From IMG/VR virus record IMGVR_UViG_3300045240_000158: DNA of 64,000 bases, one strand, 5' to 3'. The notes below the pieces were generated by a model, which worked only from the letters and a program-made list of their open reading frames with translations, made no database searches and was not told where the DNA came from. Positions within the stretch are counted from its first letter, which is position 1; the number at the start of each line of letters is the position of its first letter. The position numbers and the translations under genes were made by a program. Shown piece by piece: positions 1 through 9,694 of this stretch. This DNA is from an uncultured virus (IMG/VR IMGVR_UViG_3300045240_000158). Taxonomy: Duplodnaviria > Heunggongvirae > Uroviricota > Caudoviricetes.

Positions 1-166
1 GCCTCCACTGCCATCCAGCACGGGGTTGGCGCGCCGAACCTGTTGTATTTTTTGCGTTGGCCATCGGATACCCAGCAATTTCCCAATCGAGTATCCCAGA
101 TATTCAGGTCAGGGTCTAGAAAGGTGCAAAAGCTCGATCGTCTTACGGATCGGCTATTTCTGGTTC

Positions 167-517
167 GTGGCGGACGAAACACTTGCGGCCATCGACCGCG
201 TGTTTGATTTTTTGGATCGCGGGGCAGACGCGGCTGATCGCGTCTTCAACCGTGGCCAGCGCCTCGCGGACGATCACAAGTCCCGTCGCACGCCGCCCAA
301 GCGCGAGGTCATCGAGGCCGAGGCCACCCCCAAGAAGAAGCAGCCGACTTCCAAGTCGACCGCGGTCGTTCACAAGCCCCGCTTCTACATCGTCGAAGCG
401 GCGGACCCCAAGACGGGCGCGACGATCTTCGTCGTCACGGACGGCGGCAACGCGCGCACGGAGTGCAGCACGCGCGACTTCGCCCTCCGGATCCTCGCCG
501 CATTGGAGGCAGCGTGA
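167..517 (+). CDS. hypothetical protein
   Basis: GTG start inside ORF 26..517, GC3-rich codons, stop overlaps next start (GTGA). Confidence 0.6.
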   Translation: MADETLAAIDRVFDFLDRGADAADRVFNRGQRLADDHKSRRTPPKREVIEAEATPKKKQPTSKSTAVVHKPRFYIVEAADPKTGATIFVVTDGGNARTECSTRDFALRILAALEAA

Positions 518-849
518 CCGACCAGCACGAACTCGGACGCCTCCGCAACGCGGGCCTGACCGGCTTCGACGTCGTGGTGCTCTCGAACCTGATGAAGGGT
601 GGGGGCGAGTTCGGCTTCTACACCGGCGGCGTCGCCGCGGAGCAGCTTCCGCGCGTGATCGCAGGCCTCGACTCTCTGGCCAATCGCAACCTGATCACGG
701 TTGACGAGGCACGGTCGACGACCAGCCGCATCGTTCTGCGGCTCACCGACAACGGGCGCGCGGTGTGTGCGCAGCTCGAGCAGATGAACGTCAAGCCTCG
801 CGTCGAGGTGCAGATGCACGGGGACACGCCCGAGGTGATCAAACCGTAG
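514..849 (+). CDS. winged-helix (MarR-like) DNA-binding protein, putative
   Basis: LDSLANRNLITV...IVLRLTDNGRAV resembles the MarR wing (L-T-x-x-G). Confidence 0.5.
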   Translation: MTDQHELGRLRNAGLTGFDVVVLSNLMKGGGEFGFYTGGVAAEQLPRVIAGLDSLANRNLITVDEARSTTSRIVLRLTDNGRAVCAQLEQMNVKPRVEVQMHGDTPEVIKP

Positions 850-882
850 CTGCTTCGCCAACGAGCGGCGCACACGCGCCGC

Positions 883-912
883 GGCCCGTACCGAGAAGCC
901 CTCGGTCGGGCC
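883..912 (+). promoter_or_regulatory. conserved hairpin upstream of CDS 942 (copy 1)
   Basis: GGCCCG-T-ACCGA-loop-TCGGT-CGGGCC; near-identical copy at 1406-1436. Confidence 0.6.
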
Positions 913-941
913 TTAGCCGATCAAGGAACCCAAGGATCAAC

Positions 942-1373
942 ATGCACATCACGGAAGAGCATCTCCAACACATGGCGCGCCGGCACCACGCCACGATGCA
1001 GAAGCTCGACGGGCTTCGCTCGAAGTTCGCCGGGTTCACCGGCCGCTTCGTCGGGACGATCGAGACCGCCGCAGGCGCCTGGCTCGGTGGTGCGATCGAG
1101 GGGAAGACAGCAGGCGCGACCATCGGTCCCCTGCCGATCAACCTCGGCCTCGGCGCTGCGTTCCTGGTGGCCGGTCACATCGGTGGCCAGCACCTCGGGC
1201 AGTGGAGCGATGACCTCAACAACCTCGGCAACGGCTTCATCGGCAGCTACCTCGCGGCCACCGGCTACGCGTTCGGCAAGCGCTGGAAGGAGACCGGCAA
1301 GATGCTCGGCGGCGGCGGCGCTCCGTGGACGCACCCGTACGAGAACGGCTGGCCGCACGCTCCGGCGCCGTGA
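942..1373 (+). CDS. Gly-rich hydrophobic (membrane) protein, paralogue 1
   Basis: MHITEEHL...; strongly similar to CDS 1515; AAGGA upstream. Confidence 0.85.
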   Translation: MHITEEHLQHMARRHHATMQKLDGLRSKFAGFTGRFVGTIETAAGAWLGGAIEGKTAGATIGPLPINLGLGAAFLVAGHIGGQHLGQWSDDLNNLGNGFIGSYLAATGYAFGKRWKETGKMLGGGGAPWTHPYENGWPHAPAP

Positions 1374-1405
1374 TCCGCGACCACTCCTAGCGGCAGTACG
1401 CCGAC

Positions 1406-1436
1406 GGCCCGTACCGAATAAGCCCTCGGTCGGGCC
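1406..1436 (+). promoter_or_regulatory. conserved hairpin upstream of CDS 1515 (copy 2)
   Basis: Same stems as 883-912, loop ATAAGCCC versus GAAGCCC. Confidence 0.6.
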
Positions 1437-1514
1437 TTAGGCGATCAAGAAGGGCTCCTTGTTTGGGGGCCAGCACCCCTCGCAGCTTTTTCAGGACAAG
1501 GACAAAGGACAGTC

Positions 1515-2021
1515 ATGGCAAACATCACCGAAGAGCATCTCCACCACATGGCGCGTCGCCATCACGCGACCATGAAGCAGCTCGACGGCCTCCGTGGGCG
1601 GCTCGCGGGGATGACCGGCCGCTTCATCGGCACGGTCGAGGTCGGCATGGCCTCGTGGATCGGCGGCGCGATCGAGGGGCACACCGGTGGCGGAACGTTC
1701 CTCAAGATCCCGATCAACCTCGGCATCGGCGCCGTGTTCCTGGCGGCAGCACACCTCGGTGGCCCGCAGCTCGAGAAGTGGAGCGGCCACCTCAACAACC
1801 TCGGCAACGGCTTCCTCGGCTCGTACGTCGCGGCCAGTGGCTACTCCTTCGGCAAGAGCTGGAAGGACACCGGCAAGATGTTCGGCGGCGGCAGCGCTCC
1901 GTGGACGCATCCGTACGAAGTCCCCGCCGGCCCGGGCGTGCAGGGCGATCTCTCCTCGGCGCAGATGGCGCAGATCATCCAGCGCATGCGGCAGGCCGCG
2001 AACGCTCCGGCGCATCCGTAG
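1515..2021 (+). CDS. Gly-rich hydrophobic (membrane) protein, paralogue 2
   Basis: MANITEEHL...; shares PINLG, LNNLGNGF and PWTHPYE with CDS 942; AAAGGA RBS. Confidence 0.85.
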   Translation: MANITEEHLHHMARRHHATMKQLDGLRGRLAGMTGRFIGTVEVGMASWIGGAIEGHTGGGTFLKIPINLGIGAVFLAAAHLGGPQLEKWSGHLNNLGNGFLGSYVAASGYSFGKSWKDTGKMFGGGSAPWTHPYEVPAGPGVQGDLSSAQMAQIIQRMRQAANAPAHP

Positions 2022-2271
2022 CTTCCGCAACTGGCTCTTTGACACTCCTAGATCGCTCACGATCTAGCCTTGACGTGCCGTCGGTCTCCCTGCCGGCACG
2101 TGAAGGCTCGACCGCGAGTCTGCCACCTCCTCAAGCGCGAGGGGCTGGCTGTCCCGTCGTCTAGCCGACCTCGAGCGCGAGGATCGACGCACCAGTAGTA
2201 GTTCTTCTCTCTTGCGGCACGTTCGCGTGACCGCCACGCGGCAGCCTTGCCGCGAACGAAAGGTAATCTGT

Positions 2272-2925
2272 ATGGCGAATCCTCTCCTCAATCCTCACCA
2301 GGTACAGGCGCTTCTGGCCGGGTGGTACGACATCGTCGGCCCCCAGGTCGGCAACTGGCAGGGTCACCACGGCGCCTACGGCGGTCGCGGGTACCTCCAG
2401 TACCCGTACCCGGGCGCGTACCTCGGCGCTGCGGGTCCCGTTCCGGCTGGTCCGCCCGTCCCGATGGGGCCGCCGCCGATGCCGATGCCGATGGGCCCGC
2501 CGCCCGACGCGTTCCCGTTCCCGCCGCGCGCCGCGGTAGTGGACGCGCCGCTCCCCACGCAGGCGAACCGCGACATCCTCCCGATGTCGACGGGCGTGCC
2601 GATCCTGCCGACGCAGTCGGCGCAGATCACGGGCCGTCCGCAGACCCTGGTCTTCAAGATCGGTCGTTTCGTGATCTCGAACGCGGGCACGGCCGGCGGC
2701 GCTGCCGACTGGATCGTGAACGACATCAAGATCGGCAACCGGTCGCAGTTCGTCCAGTCGGGTGACGTCCCGGGCGATCTGTTCGCGACCAACGCGATCG
2801 ACACGTTCGTGCGCTTCGAGTCGGCGCAGACGGCGATGGATGTCGTCGTCGTCGTCACATACATCGGCCTCAACGAGAGCGGCTGCCCGTTCTTCGGCGC
2901 GATGGTCGGCACGGCGGCGGTGTAG
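2272..2925 (+). CDS. beta-rich domain protein copy 1 (candidate single jelly-roll capsid protein)
   Basis: GAAAGG RBS; Pro/Gly/Tyr-rich N-terminus; C-terminal domain identical to CDS 2928 and 4082. Confidence 0.85.
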   Translation: MANPLLNPHQVQALLAGWYDIVGPQVGNWQGHHGAYGGRGYLQYPYPGAYLGAAGPVPAGPPVPMGPPPMPMPMGPPPDAFPFPPRAAVVDAPLPTQANRDILPMSTGVPILPTQSAQITGRPQTLVFKIGRFVISNAGTAGGAADWIVNDIKIGNRSQFVQSGDVPGDLFATNAIDTFVRFESAQTAMDVVVVVTYIGLNESGCPFFGAMVGTAAV

Positions 2926-2927
2926 TC

Positions 2928-3800
2928 ATGGCGTCTCGCGGGTACATGGGTCCGAACGAGGTGCAGGCGCTGATCGGCCAGTGGGTCGATCTCGTCGGCA
3001 AGGATCGTGACGACGACCGTGACCGTGATCGCGATCGCGACCGCGATCGCGGGCGCCAGCCGCCGTCGTGGTACCAGCAGCCGCCGTCGTGGTACCAGCA
3101 GCCGCAACAGCCGCCGTACTACGGGCAGCAGCCGTACTACCCACAGCGGCCGTACTACCCGCCGCAGCAGCAGTACTACCCGCCGCAGCAGCAGCAGTAC
3201 TACCCGCCGCAGCAGCAGCAGTACTATCCGCAGCAGCCTCGGCCGGCGAGCGGGTACCGGCGGACATCGATCGTACGAAGCACGCAGCCGCAGCAGCAGG
3301 AGCCGGACTTCTGGACGAAGGCCGCGCACTCGCTCTTGCCGATCACGAACTGGCTCGGCGCCGACCTGCCGGGCGGCGGTGATCTTCCGTTCCCGCCGCC
3401 TCGTGCGGCGGTGGTGGACGCGCCGCTCCCCACGCAGGCGAACCGCGACATCCTCCCGATGTCGACGGGCGTGCCGATCCTGCCGACGCAGTCGGCGCAG
3501 ATCACGGGTCGTCCGCAGACCCTGGTCTTCAAGATCGGTCGCTTCGTGATCTCGAACGCGGGCACGGCCGGCGGCGCTGCCGACTGGATCGTGAACGACA
3601 TCAAGATCGGCAACCGGTCGCAGTTCGTCCAGTCGGGTGACGTCCCGGGCGATCTGTTCGCGACCAACGCGATCGACACGTTCGTGCGCTTCGAGTCGGC
3701 GCAGACGGCCATGGACGTCGTCGTCGTCGTCACGTACATCGGCCTCAACGAGAGCGGCTGCCCGTTCTTCGGCGCGATGGTCGGCACGGCGGCGGTGTAG
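2928..3800 (+). CDS. beta-rich domain protein copy 2 with DR and PPQQQYY repeats
   Basis: Identical C-terminal domain; low-complexity N-terminus. Confidence 0.85.
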   Translation: MASRGYMGPNEVQALIGQWVDLVGKDRDDDRDRDRDRDRDRGRQPPSWYQQPPSWYQQPQQPPYYGQQPYYPQRPYYPPQQQYYPPQQQQYYPPQQQQYYPQQPRPASGYRRTSIVRSTQPQQQEPDFWTKAAHSLLPITNWLGADLPGGGDLPFPPPRAAVVDAPLPTQANRDILPMSTGVPILPTQSAQITGRPQTLVFKIGRFVISNAGTAGGAADWIVNDIKIGNRSQFVQSGDVPGDLFATNAIDTFVRFESAQTAMDVVVVVTYIGLNESGCPFFGAMVGTAAV

Positions 3801-4081
3801 CGCAGCTGGAAACGGCAGCTCGGAAGTGGTCCCGCGAGGTCCGATTCCTCGCCCGAGCTCGAAAGAAATGAGCATGCAGAGCAATCACGATCTGGCACTG
3901 AGCGCGTCGACGCCTTTGGCGTCTGGCGCGTTGAGCGCTCGACCGCGAGCCGACCTCGAGCGCGAGGATCGTCCTCTGCTGTGGCGCGAGCGCGCGTCCA
4001 CGATCGTCAATTGCGCCAACCCAGTTGGTGCACCTATGACCGGGCCGGGGCCGGTCAATTGAACGCGAAAGGTCATCGACA

Positions 4082-4882
4082 ATGGACAGGCAAACCTACG
4101 CACTTCTCGGCCGCTGGCATGACATCGTCGGCCAGCATCACGGCGGTGGCGGTCGCGGCTGGGGCGGCTCGCGCGGACGTTGGGGCCACGATCGTCGTGG
4201 CTGGGGCGGTTGGGGCTGGGGCGGTTGGGGCGGCTACCCGGGCTACGGTGTCGACCAGGGCGACGGCGGGTACGACCCGGCGGTCTGGATGGCGTATCTC
4301 CAGCAGCTCCAGCTTCAGCAACCGCAGATGCAGATGCAGATGCCGATGCCGGCGCCGCAAGCTCCTGCCGGTCCGCCCGCTCCGGGCGGTGCACCTGCTC
4401 CGGGCGTGTCGGGCTGGTACGACATCACGGGCCCGAGCGTCGGTCAGATGCCGGGCGGCGGTGATCTTCCGTTCCCGCCGCCGCGCGCGGCGGTAGTGGA
4501 CGCGCCGCTGCCGACGCAGGCGAACCGCGACATCCTCCCGATGTCGACGGGTGTGCCGATCCTGCCGACGCAGTCGGCGCAGATCACGGGCCGTCCGCAG
4601 ACCCTGGTCTTCAAGATCGGCCGCTTCGTGATCTCGAACGCGGGCACGGCCGGCGGCGCTGCCGACTGGATCGTGAACGACATCAAGATCGGCAACCGGT
4701 CGCAGTTCGTCCAGTCGGGCGACGTCCCGGGTGATCTGTTCGCGACCAACGCGATCGACACGTTCGTGCGCTTCGAGTCGGCGCAGACCGCGATGGATGT
4801 CGTGGTCGTCGTGACCTACATCGGCCTCAACGAGAGCGGCTGTCCCTTCTTCGGGGCGATGGTCGGCACGGCGGCGGTGTAG
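4082..4882 (+). CDS. beta-rich domain protein copy 3 with GWGG and QM repeats
   Basis: Identical C-terminal domain; GAAAGG RBS. Confidence 0.85.
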   Translation: MDRQTYALLGRWHDIVGQHHGGGGRGWGGSRGRWGHDRRGWGGWGWGGWGGYPGYGVDQGDGGYDPAVWMAYLQQLQLQQPQMQMQMPMPAPQAPAGPPAPGGAPAPGVSGWYDITGPSVGQMPGGGDLPFPPPRAAVVDAPLPTQANRDILPMSTGVPILPTQSAQITGRPQTLVFKIGRFVISNAGTAGGAADWIVNDIKIGNRSQFVQSGDVPGDLFATNAIDTFVRFESAQTAMDVVVVVTYIGLNESGCPFFGAMVGTAAV

Positions 4883-4884
4883 CC

Positions 4885-5217
4885 ATGGCGCGCGGCGAAT
4901 ACGGGACGCAGATCGGTCGCGGCGGTGGCGGCGGTCACGGCGGCGGCGGTCACGGCGGCGGACATGGTGGCCATCACGGCGGCCATCACGGCGGCCACCA
5001 TGGCGGTCACGGCGGATGGGGCTGGGGCGGCTGGGGCTGGGGCGGCTGGGGTGGCTGGGGATGGCCGTACTACGGCTACGGTGGCTACTACGGATGGCCG
5101 TACTACGACTCGTACTACGGCGACGTGGATCTCGCCCCGCACTGGCAGTCGCGGCGCTTCTTCGCCTATCGCCACCGTCGGCGGGTCCACCACCTGCTCG
5201 GCGCCGCTATCGACTAG
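4885..5217 (+). CDS. Gly/His/Trp/Tyr low-complexity protein with RGEYG tag
   Basis: MARGEYG, GGHH and GWGGW repeats; starts 2 nt after the preceding stop. Confidence 0.75.
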   Translation: MARGEYGTQIGRGGGGGHGGGGHGGGHGGHHGGHHGGHHGGHGGWGWGGWGWGGWGGWGWPYYGYGGYYGWPYYDSYYGDVDLAPHWQSRRFFAYRHRRRVHHLLGAAID

Positions 5218-5339
5218 GGATTCGGACCGGACTCAGTCCGGTCCTCACATAGCTCCGAAGGGTCGCGGGTTCGCGGCACGATCGCTGTTCGATTCGGCGG
5301 CGGAGCACCAGTAAACCAGCACCTTCGTCAGTCCCTTCC

Positions 5340-6038
5340 ATGTCGGATTACAAAATTCCTCCGCCTGGAAGAAAGTCTGGGCACCTGCAAAGTCAAGACG
5401 ACCGCGATGCGGAAGGTCTTGCGGCGCGCCGAGAGAGAGACGCGGCGGTGAAGGCTCTTGAGGATGACGAAGAAGAGGTCACGGGACGTCACGAGGGCGA
5501 GGATCTGGCTGCGCTGCGTAGTCTGCGGCCGGAGCGCGAGCGGATCAGTCGGCTTGAGCGGAAGCACGACGACCTGAAGCGCGACGTCAAGGAGAAGCAT
5601 GAAGAGCTGAAGGCTGACGTCAAGGACGTGCGCGATGATGTCAAGCAGCTCTCGAGCAGTGTATCGACGCTCAGCGCGTCCGTGTCTGGTGCGGTCGGCA
5701 AGCTCGACGGACAGAGCGGTGTGCTCACCGAGATGCTCTCGCTCGTGAAGAAGACCGCGGATCGCGATCACGTTACGTACACGACCAAGCTCGAGGTCGA
5801 CAAGGCTCACGAGCTGGCCAAGGTCGAAGTCGACAAGGAGCAGCAGCTCGCCGCGATCGAAGTGACCAAGGAAGAGAAGGTTGCTGAAATCGTGGTGGTC
5901 AAGGAAGAGAAGGTCGACGTCGTCAAGGCCAAGCGCGATCGCCGCAAGCGCAACATCAAGATCTTGAGCCTCGTCGCCAGTGGGATCGCGGGCGGTGCTG
6001 CCTTCATCGAGCTGCTTCACCGGATTGGGGTGCTTTGA
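5340..6038 (+). CDS. coiled-coil protein with C-terminal TM helix
   Basis: Heptad-like K/E/D/V stretch; hydrophobic ILSLVASGIAGGAAFIELL. Confidence 0.8.
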   Translation: MSDYKIPPPGRKSGHLQSQDDRDAEGLAARRERDAAVKALEDDEEEVTGRHEGEDLAALRSLRPERERISRLERKHDDLKRDVKEKHEELKADVKDVRDDVKQLSSSVSTLSASVSGAVGKLDGQSGVLTEMLSLVKKTADRDHVTYTTKLEVDKAHELAKVEVDKEQQLAAIEVTKEEKVAEIVVVKEEKVDVVKAKRDRRKRNIKILSLVASGIAGGAAFIELLHRIGVL

Positions 6039-6039
6039 G

Positions 6040-6882
6040 ATGAGTCGGAATTCGTATCTTCGCAACGCGTACCAGGCGTACCTCGGCGCCGAGCCCCCTC
6101 GGACGGCATCGAGCTACCGGGATCATCGCGGCCCGATCGTCACACATCCGCCGGTCGCGCAGCCCATTCACCCCCGTCGACATCACTTCCACGATCACCC
6201 GCCGTACCCGCACCGCTACTACAACGACTACCTCCTCGTCGAGGGCTGGGGCTGGTGGCCGCGTTGGTTCCCGTACTGGGACGAGCGTTGGTTCGCGTAC
6301 TGGTGGTCGCTCTACGACTACTACGGCGGCGACGCGTACCCCGAGTACGCGGAATATGCGCGTGACGCGATCTTGCGCCAGAACGCGCCGCAGTGGGGGC
6401 TCGTGATCAGTGGCGGCTACGGAAGTCGCGCTCTTCCTGCCCAGACCGGCTGGGGAGGTCATGCGTGGCCGGCGCAGGTCGGTTGGACCGGTCCCGCACT
6501 GCCGGCTTCGTCAGCGACCCCACGGAACTACTACGGCCTCGAAGAAGCAATGATGGACGGCTTCAAGCGCAGGGCGATCGAGTCCTCTTCGCGGTACGCG
6601 CGTGATCCGAGCGTCCCGGCAGTGGCCTACCTGCGCCTCAAGGGCGGTCAGGAGATCGTGCTTCCGTATCCGTCCCGCGACTGGATGGACGCGGGGTCTC
6701 CGATCCGGCTCTGGTGGGATCAGATCGCCGGCTACGGTGACGCGGCCCAGAGGAACTACGGCGCCTGGGAGTTCGCGGCGATCGTGGCCTACGATCCGAG
6801 GACGCGGCAGGCGTTCGCCAATTCGTACGCCCTGTCGCCGGTGATCGTCGGGCCGCTGCGCGCGCTCGAAGGGAGTGCCTGA
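6040..6882 (+). CDS. hypothetical Trp/Tyr-rich protein with degenerate YxAxF module
   Basis: ATG 1 nt after previous stop; aromatic-rich; VAYLRL...WEFAAIV. Confidence 0.75.
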   Translation: MSRNSYLRNAYQAYLGAEPPRTASSYRDHRGPIVTHPPVAQPIHPRRHHFHDHPPYPHRYYNDYLLVEGWGWWPRWFPYWDERWFAYWWSLYDYYGGDAYPEYAEYARDAILRQNAPQWGLVISGGYGSRALPAQTGWGGHAWPAQVGWTGPALPASSATPRNYYGLEEAMMDGFKRRAIESSSRYARDPSVPAVAYLRLKGGQEIVLPYPSRDWMDAGSPIRLWWDQIAGYGDAAQRNYGAWEFAAIVAYDPRTRQAFANSYALSPVIVGPLRALEGSA

Positions 6883-6885
6883 CCG

Positions 6886-7431
6886 ATGATCACGCCGAAG
6901 GTCCACCTCACGCTCCCCGAGTACATGGACGAGGACGAGCACGACGAGGAGCGCCACTTCGCGCCGATTCTCCCGTTGCTCGAGGGCCTCATCAAGGTGA
7001 ACGAGTGGCACATGCGTCGCTCGCTTCGCCGCGCGCAGAAGGGCCTCGGCTACCCGTTCCCGCCGCTCTACAAATCAGGCGTCCGGTACAAGGAAGACCC
7101 TCCCGGGCAGGAGAACTGGAAGGACTGCCTGGCGGTGCTCGCGGATGGTCACGGGGACTGCGATCGCCTCGTCGCCTGGCGCACCGCCGAGCTGCGCGTG
7201 GCGGGCTACGACGCGCAGCCGGTCATCAAGTGGCGGCAGGTGCCTCGGGACGTCATGATCAGCCTCGGTCACCCCCCGAACATGGTTCCGCCGGACGGGA
7301 TCTCGATGGTGCACGTCTGCGTCGGACTGCCGGGTTGGCAGCAGTACGCGCACCTCTACGAGAACAATCCTCTCGTGGAGGATCCGTCCAAGCGCCTTGG
7401 AATGGGTGGTTCGTACACGAGCAAGGTATGA
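6886..7431 (+). CDS. transglutaminase/papain-like cysteine enzyme (candidate maturation protease)
   Basis: GDCDRL (Cys), VHVCV (His) and EDPS (Asp) in transglutaminase-like triad order. Confidence 0.65.
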   Translation: MITPKVHLTLPEYMDEDEHDEERHFAPILPLLEGLIKVNEWHMRRSLRRAQKGLGYPFPPLYKSGVRYKEDPPGQENWKDCLAVLADGHGDCDRLVAWRTAELRVAGYDAQPVIKWRQVPRDVMISLGHPPNMVPPDGISMVHVCVGLPGWQQYAHLYENNPLVEDPSKRLGMGGSYTSKV

Positions 7432-7441
7432 TGGGTGCCTG

Positions 7442-8248
7442 ATGAGCATCGACGCCGACGAGCTGAAGCTCTACATCGACAACGAAGGCTCCTTGCATGG
7501 GCAAGCGACGTCGATCTTCAAGAACCTTGCGACCAAGAAGGCGCGTAGTCAGTACAAGCACGACCTCGCCGTGAAGGCGTTTGGTTACCTCGTCGAGGCA
7601 GGCGCGAAAAAGTACGCCAAGGAATTCGGCAGCGCTGCGCCAGCCCTTGGGAGTCGGCGTTACAGCGGTCAGTGGCATCAGATGTTTCCGGTGTCGACGC
7701 GCAAGGAAGTCGCCGAGGATCTGACGCGCGCCTTCGAGGCCGAGTTCGAGCTCGGCAACTACGATTACCTGCTTCCCAAGAAGTACCAAGAGGGCGGGAC
7801 CAAGCTTCCTCGGCGCGGTCACGCCATGAAGAAGATGAACTTCCGCGCGCCCGAGGGACTCAAGATCTCCTGGTCGCCTATGAACCAGACGTACTTCGCG
7901 CTGTGGCCTGCGAGCGCGCCGACGTCGAAGCAACAGGTCCTCAAGAGCGCCGACGCGGACGAGATGTGCTCGTGGCTGCGCGAGACCTACGGTGAACCGT
8001 ACGGCTGCTCGTCGCGCACGCATCACAGCCGCAAGGCGAAGCACACGCAGATGCACGATCCTGGCGCGCTGAGATCCGCGACGGATCGCCAGCTCCGCGG
8101 CTTCTACCGCGAAGAGAAGCGCGACGTCGCGCGGGCGCGCGCGGAGGCGGCGCGTCGGGGGCTGCCGCTACATGCGCGCAAGAAGACCGCGGCGCAGCTC
8201 GAGCGTGAGATCGCCGCACACGTGCCGTCGTGGCGGGGAGGCCGGTGA
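7442..8248 (+). CDS. multi-domain basic hypothetical protein with HARKKTAAQLEREIA motif
   Basis: ELKLYIDNE...GAKKYAKEFG N-domain; C-terminal motif shared with CDS 45482. Confidence 0.8.
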   Translation: MSIDADELKLYIDNEGSLHGQATSIFKNLATKKARSQYKHDLAVKAFGYLVEAGAKKYAKEFGSAAPALGSRRYSGQWHQMFPVSTRKEVAEDLTRAFEAEFELGNYDYLLPKKYQEGGTKLPRRGHAMKKMNFRAPEGLKISWSPMNQTYFALWPASAPTSKQQVLKSADADEMCSWLRETYGEPYGCSSRTHHSRKAKHTQMHDPGALRSATDRQLRGFYREEKRDVARARAEAARRGLPLHARKKTAAQLEREIAAHVPSWRGGR

Positions 8249-8252
8249 GCCC

Positions 8253-9692
8253 ATGTGGTTCGTTCCTCTCTTCGTCCTGGGCGTGATTGCGATCGCGGCG
8301 GCGAGCCGATCGGCTGGCCGCGACGCCGCGCCGTCGACGCACCTTCTCGCGCCGTCGTCGCCATCCATGCTTGCGCCTCCACCGCCACCGCCACCTCCTC
8401 CGAGTCCGCCTGTGGCTTCGGGTGAGCTTGGTCCACTCTCGGTACTCGGGGAGATCCTGCGCGGTGGTCAGACGCCCCCGCCGCCGGTGATCTTCAGTGC
8501 GATCGCCGAGGCCGAATCTCTCGGGCGCCCAGATCTCGTTTCGGACATCGTGCACGCGTTCGTCATGCCGGCTATCAACGCACACCAGAAGACGAAGCCC
8601 CACGAGCGCGGGACGTGCGCCCCTGCCGGATCGCCGCGCGCGCAGGACTATCAGCGCGGGACGTGCGCGCCTACTGGATCGCCACGCGCGCAGGCGGACT
8701 CCTGCGCTCCGCGCGGGACGTGTGCATCGCCGATTCCGTCCGCACCCGCTGTACCGTCCCCTGCGGCCTCTCCGCAGATGACGTCGCGGTACGCAACTCA
8801 GGACGAGATCCTCGCGATGCTGCACTCCGACCCGAGCGCCTTCCTCAAGGTGATGGCGACCGGACGCGCTCCCATGATCGAGGTACCGGTTGCAGCGCCG
8901 CCCGCGCCGCCCGCGTCGCCTGTGCCCCCGCCCGCAGCCGCAGCTCCTCCACCTGTGCCCGCAGCCGTCGAAGAAGCCACAACGGACCAGGTCGTCGCGC
9001 AGCTCATGCAGGTCCCGGGCTTCTCCGGCGCAGGGATTCTGCTCGTCGATCCGTCGACGGGCGCAGAGGTCTTCGAGGTGAGCTGGCTTCGTGGCTACTC
9101 GATCCCGCTCCTGCCCCAGCAGGTCCTCGGAAGGCCGGTGCGCGTCGCCGTCATCGACGCGTTACCCGTGCCACTGAATTCCGGACCGTCCCAGGCCGGT
9201 CCTCAAGCTATGGGACTGTCGCCCGAGACCGTTGCCGATCAGACACGCGCGATCGCTCCCGGATCTCCGATCGCCAACGTCCCGGACGACGCCTGGCGCG
9301 CGTTCGTGGTCTTGCTCGCGCGCGAGTCGCCGCAGTTCGATTCGTCCAGGCATGTCGGTCAGTATCGCCAGCGGCGCGAGCGGCTCGCTGACCTCGGGAT
9401 CGATCCGCGATCAATCTGGGGTTCGGCCGTCGCGCAGCGCACGGCACTCGACGCAGATCTCGTCGACGCGTACCGCCATGCCGTGGACGGCGGCGTTATC
9501 GCCGAGCACCTCAAGCGGTCGATCTCTGTCCCGGGGGTCGAGGGCACCACGACGATCACGCTGTCCGGCTTGCTCGGCGTGATCCAGTGCGCGGGGTTGG
9601 ATGGCGCGGTCGGTTGGCTCGAAAGACCCAACGATCGCAAGCGCTACCCTCACACCACGCAAGCGTTCCTGCGCACGAACGGAAGGTTCTGA
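8253..9692 (+). CDS. N-terminally anchored Pro-rich protein
   Basis: MWFVPLFVLGVIAIAAA; three RGTCAP-like repeats; polyproline linkers. Confidence 0.8.
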   Translation: MWFVPLFVLGVIAIAAASRSAGRDAAPSTHLLAPSSPSMLAPPPPPPPPPSPPVASGELGPLSVLGEILRGGQTPPPPVIFSAIAEAESLGRPDLVSDIVHAFVMPAINAHQKTKPHERGTCAPAGSPRAQDYQRGTCAPTGSPRAQADSCAPRGTCASPIPSAPAVPSPAASPQMTSRYATQDEILAMLHSDPSAFLKVMATGRAPMIEVPVAAPPAPPASPVPPPAAAAPPPVPAAVEEATTDQVVAQLMQVPGFSGAGILLVDPSTGAEVFEVSWLRGYSIPLLPQQVLGRPVRVAVIDALPVPLNSGPSQAGPQAMGLSPETVADQTRAIAPGSPIANVPDDAWRAFVVLLARESPQFDSSRHVGQYRQRRERLADLGIDPRSIWGSAVAQRTALDADLVDAYRHAVDGGVIAEHLKRSISVPGVEGTTTITLSGLLGVIQCAGLDGAVGWLERPNDRKRYPHTTQAFLRTNGRF

Positions 9693-9694
9693 TC

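Larger units (their letters stand above)
2512..4882 (+). repeat. three ~414-nt near-identical coding repeats (2512-2925, 3387-3800, 4469-4882)
   Basis: Direct comparison; differences are almost all at synonymous positions. Confidence 0.9.
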
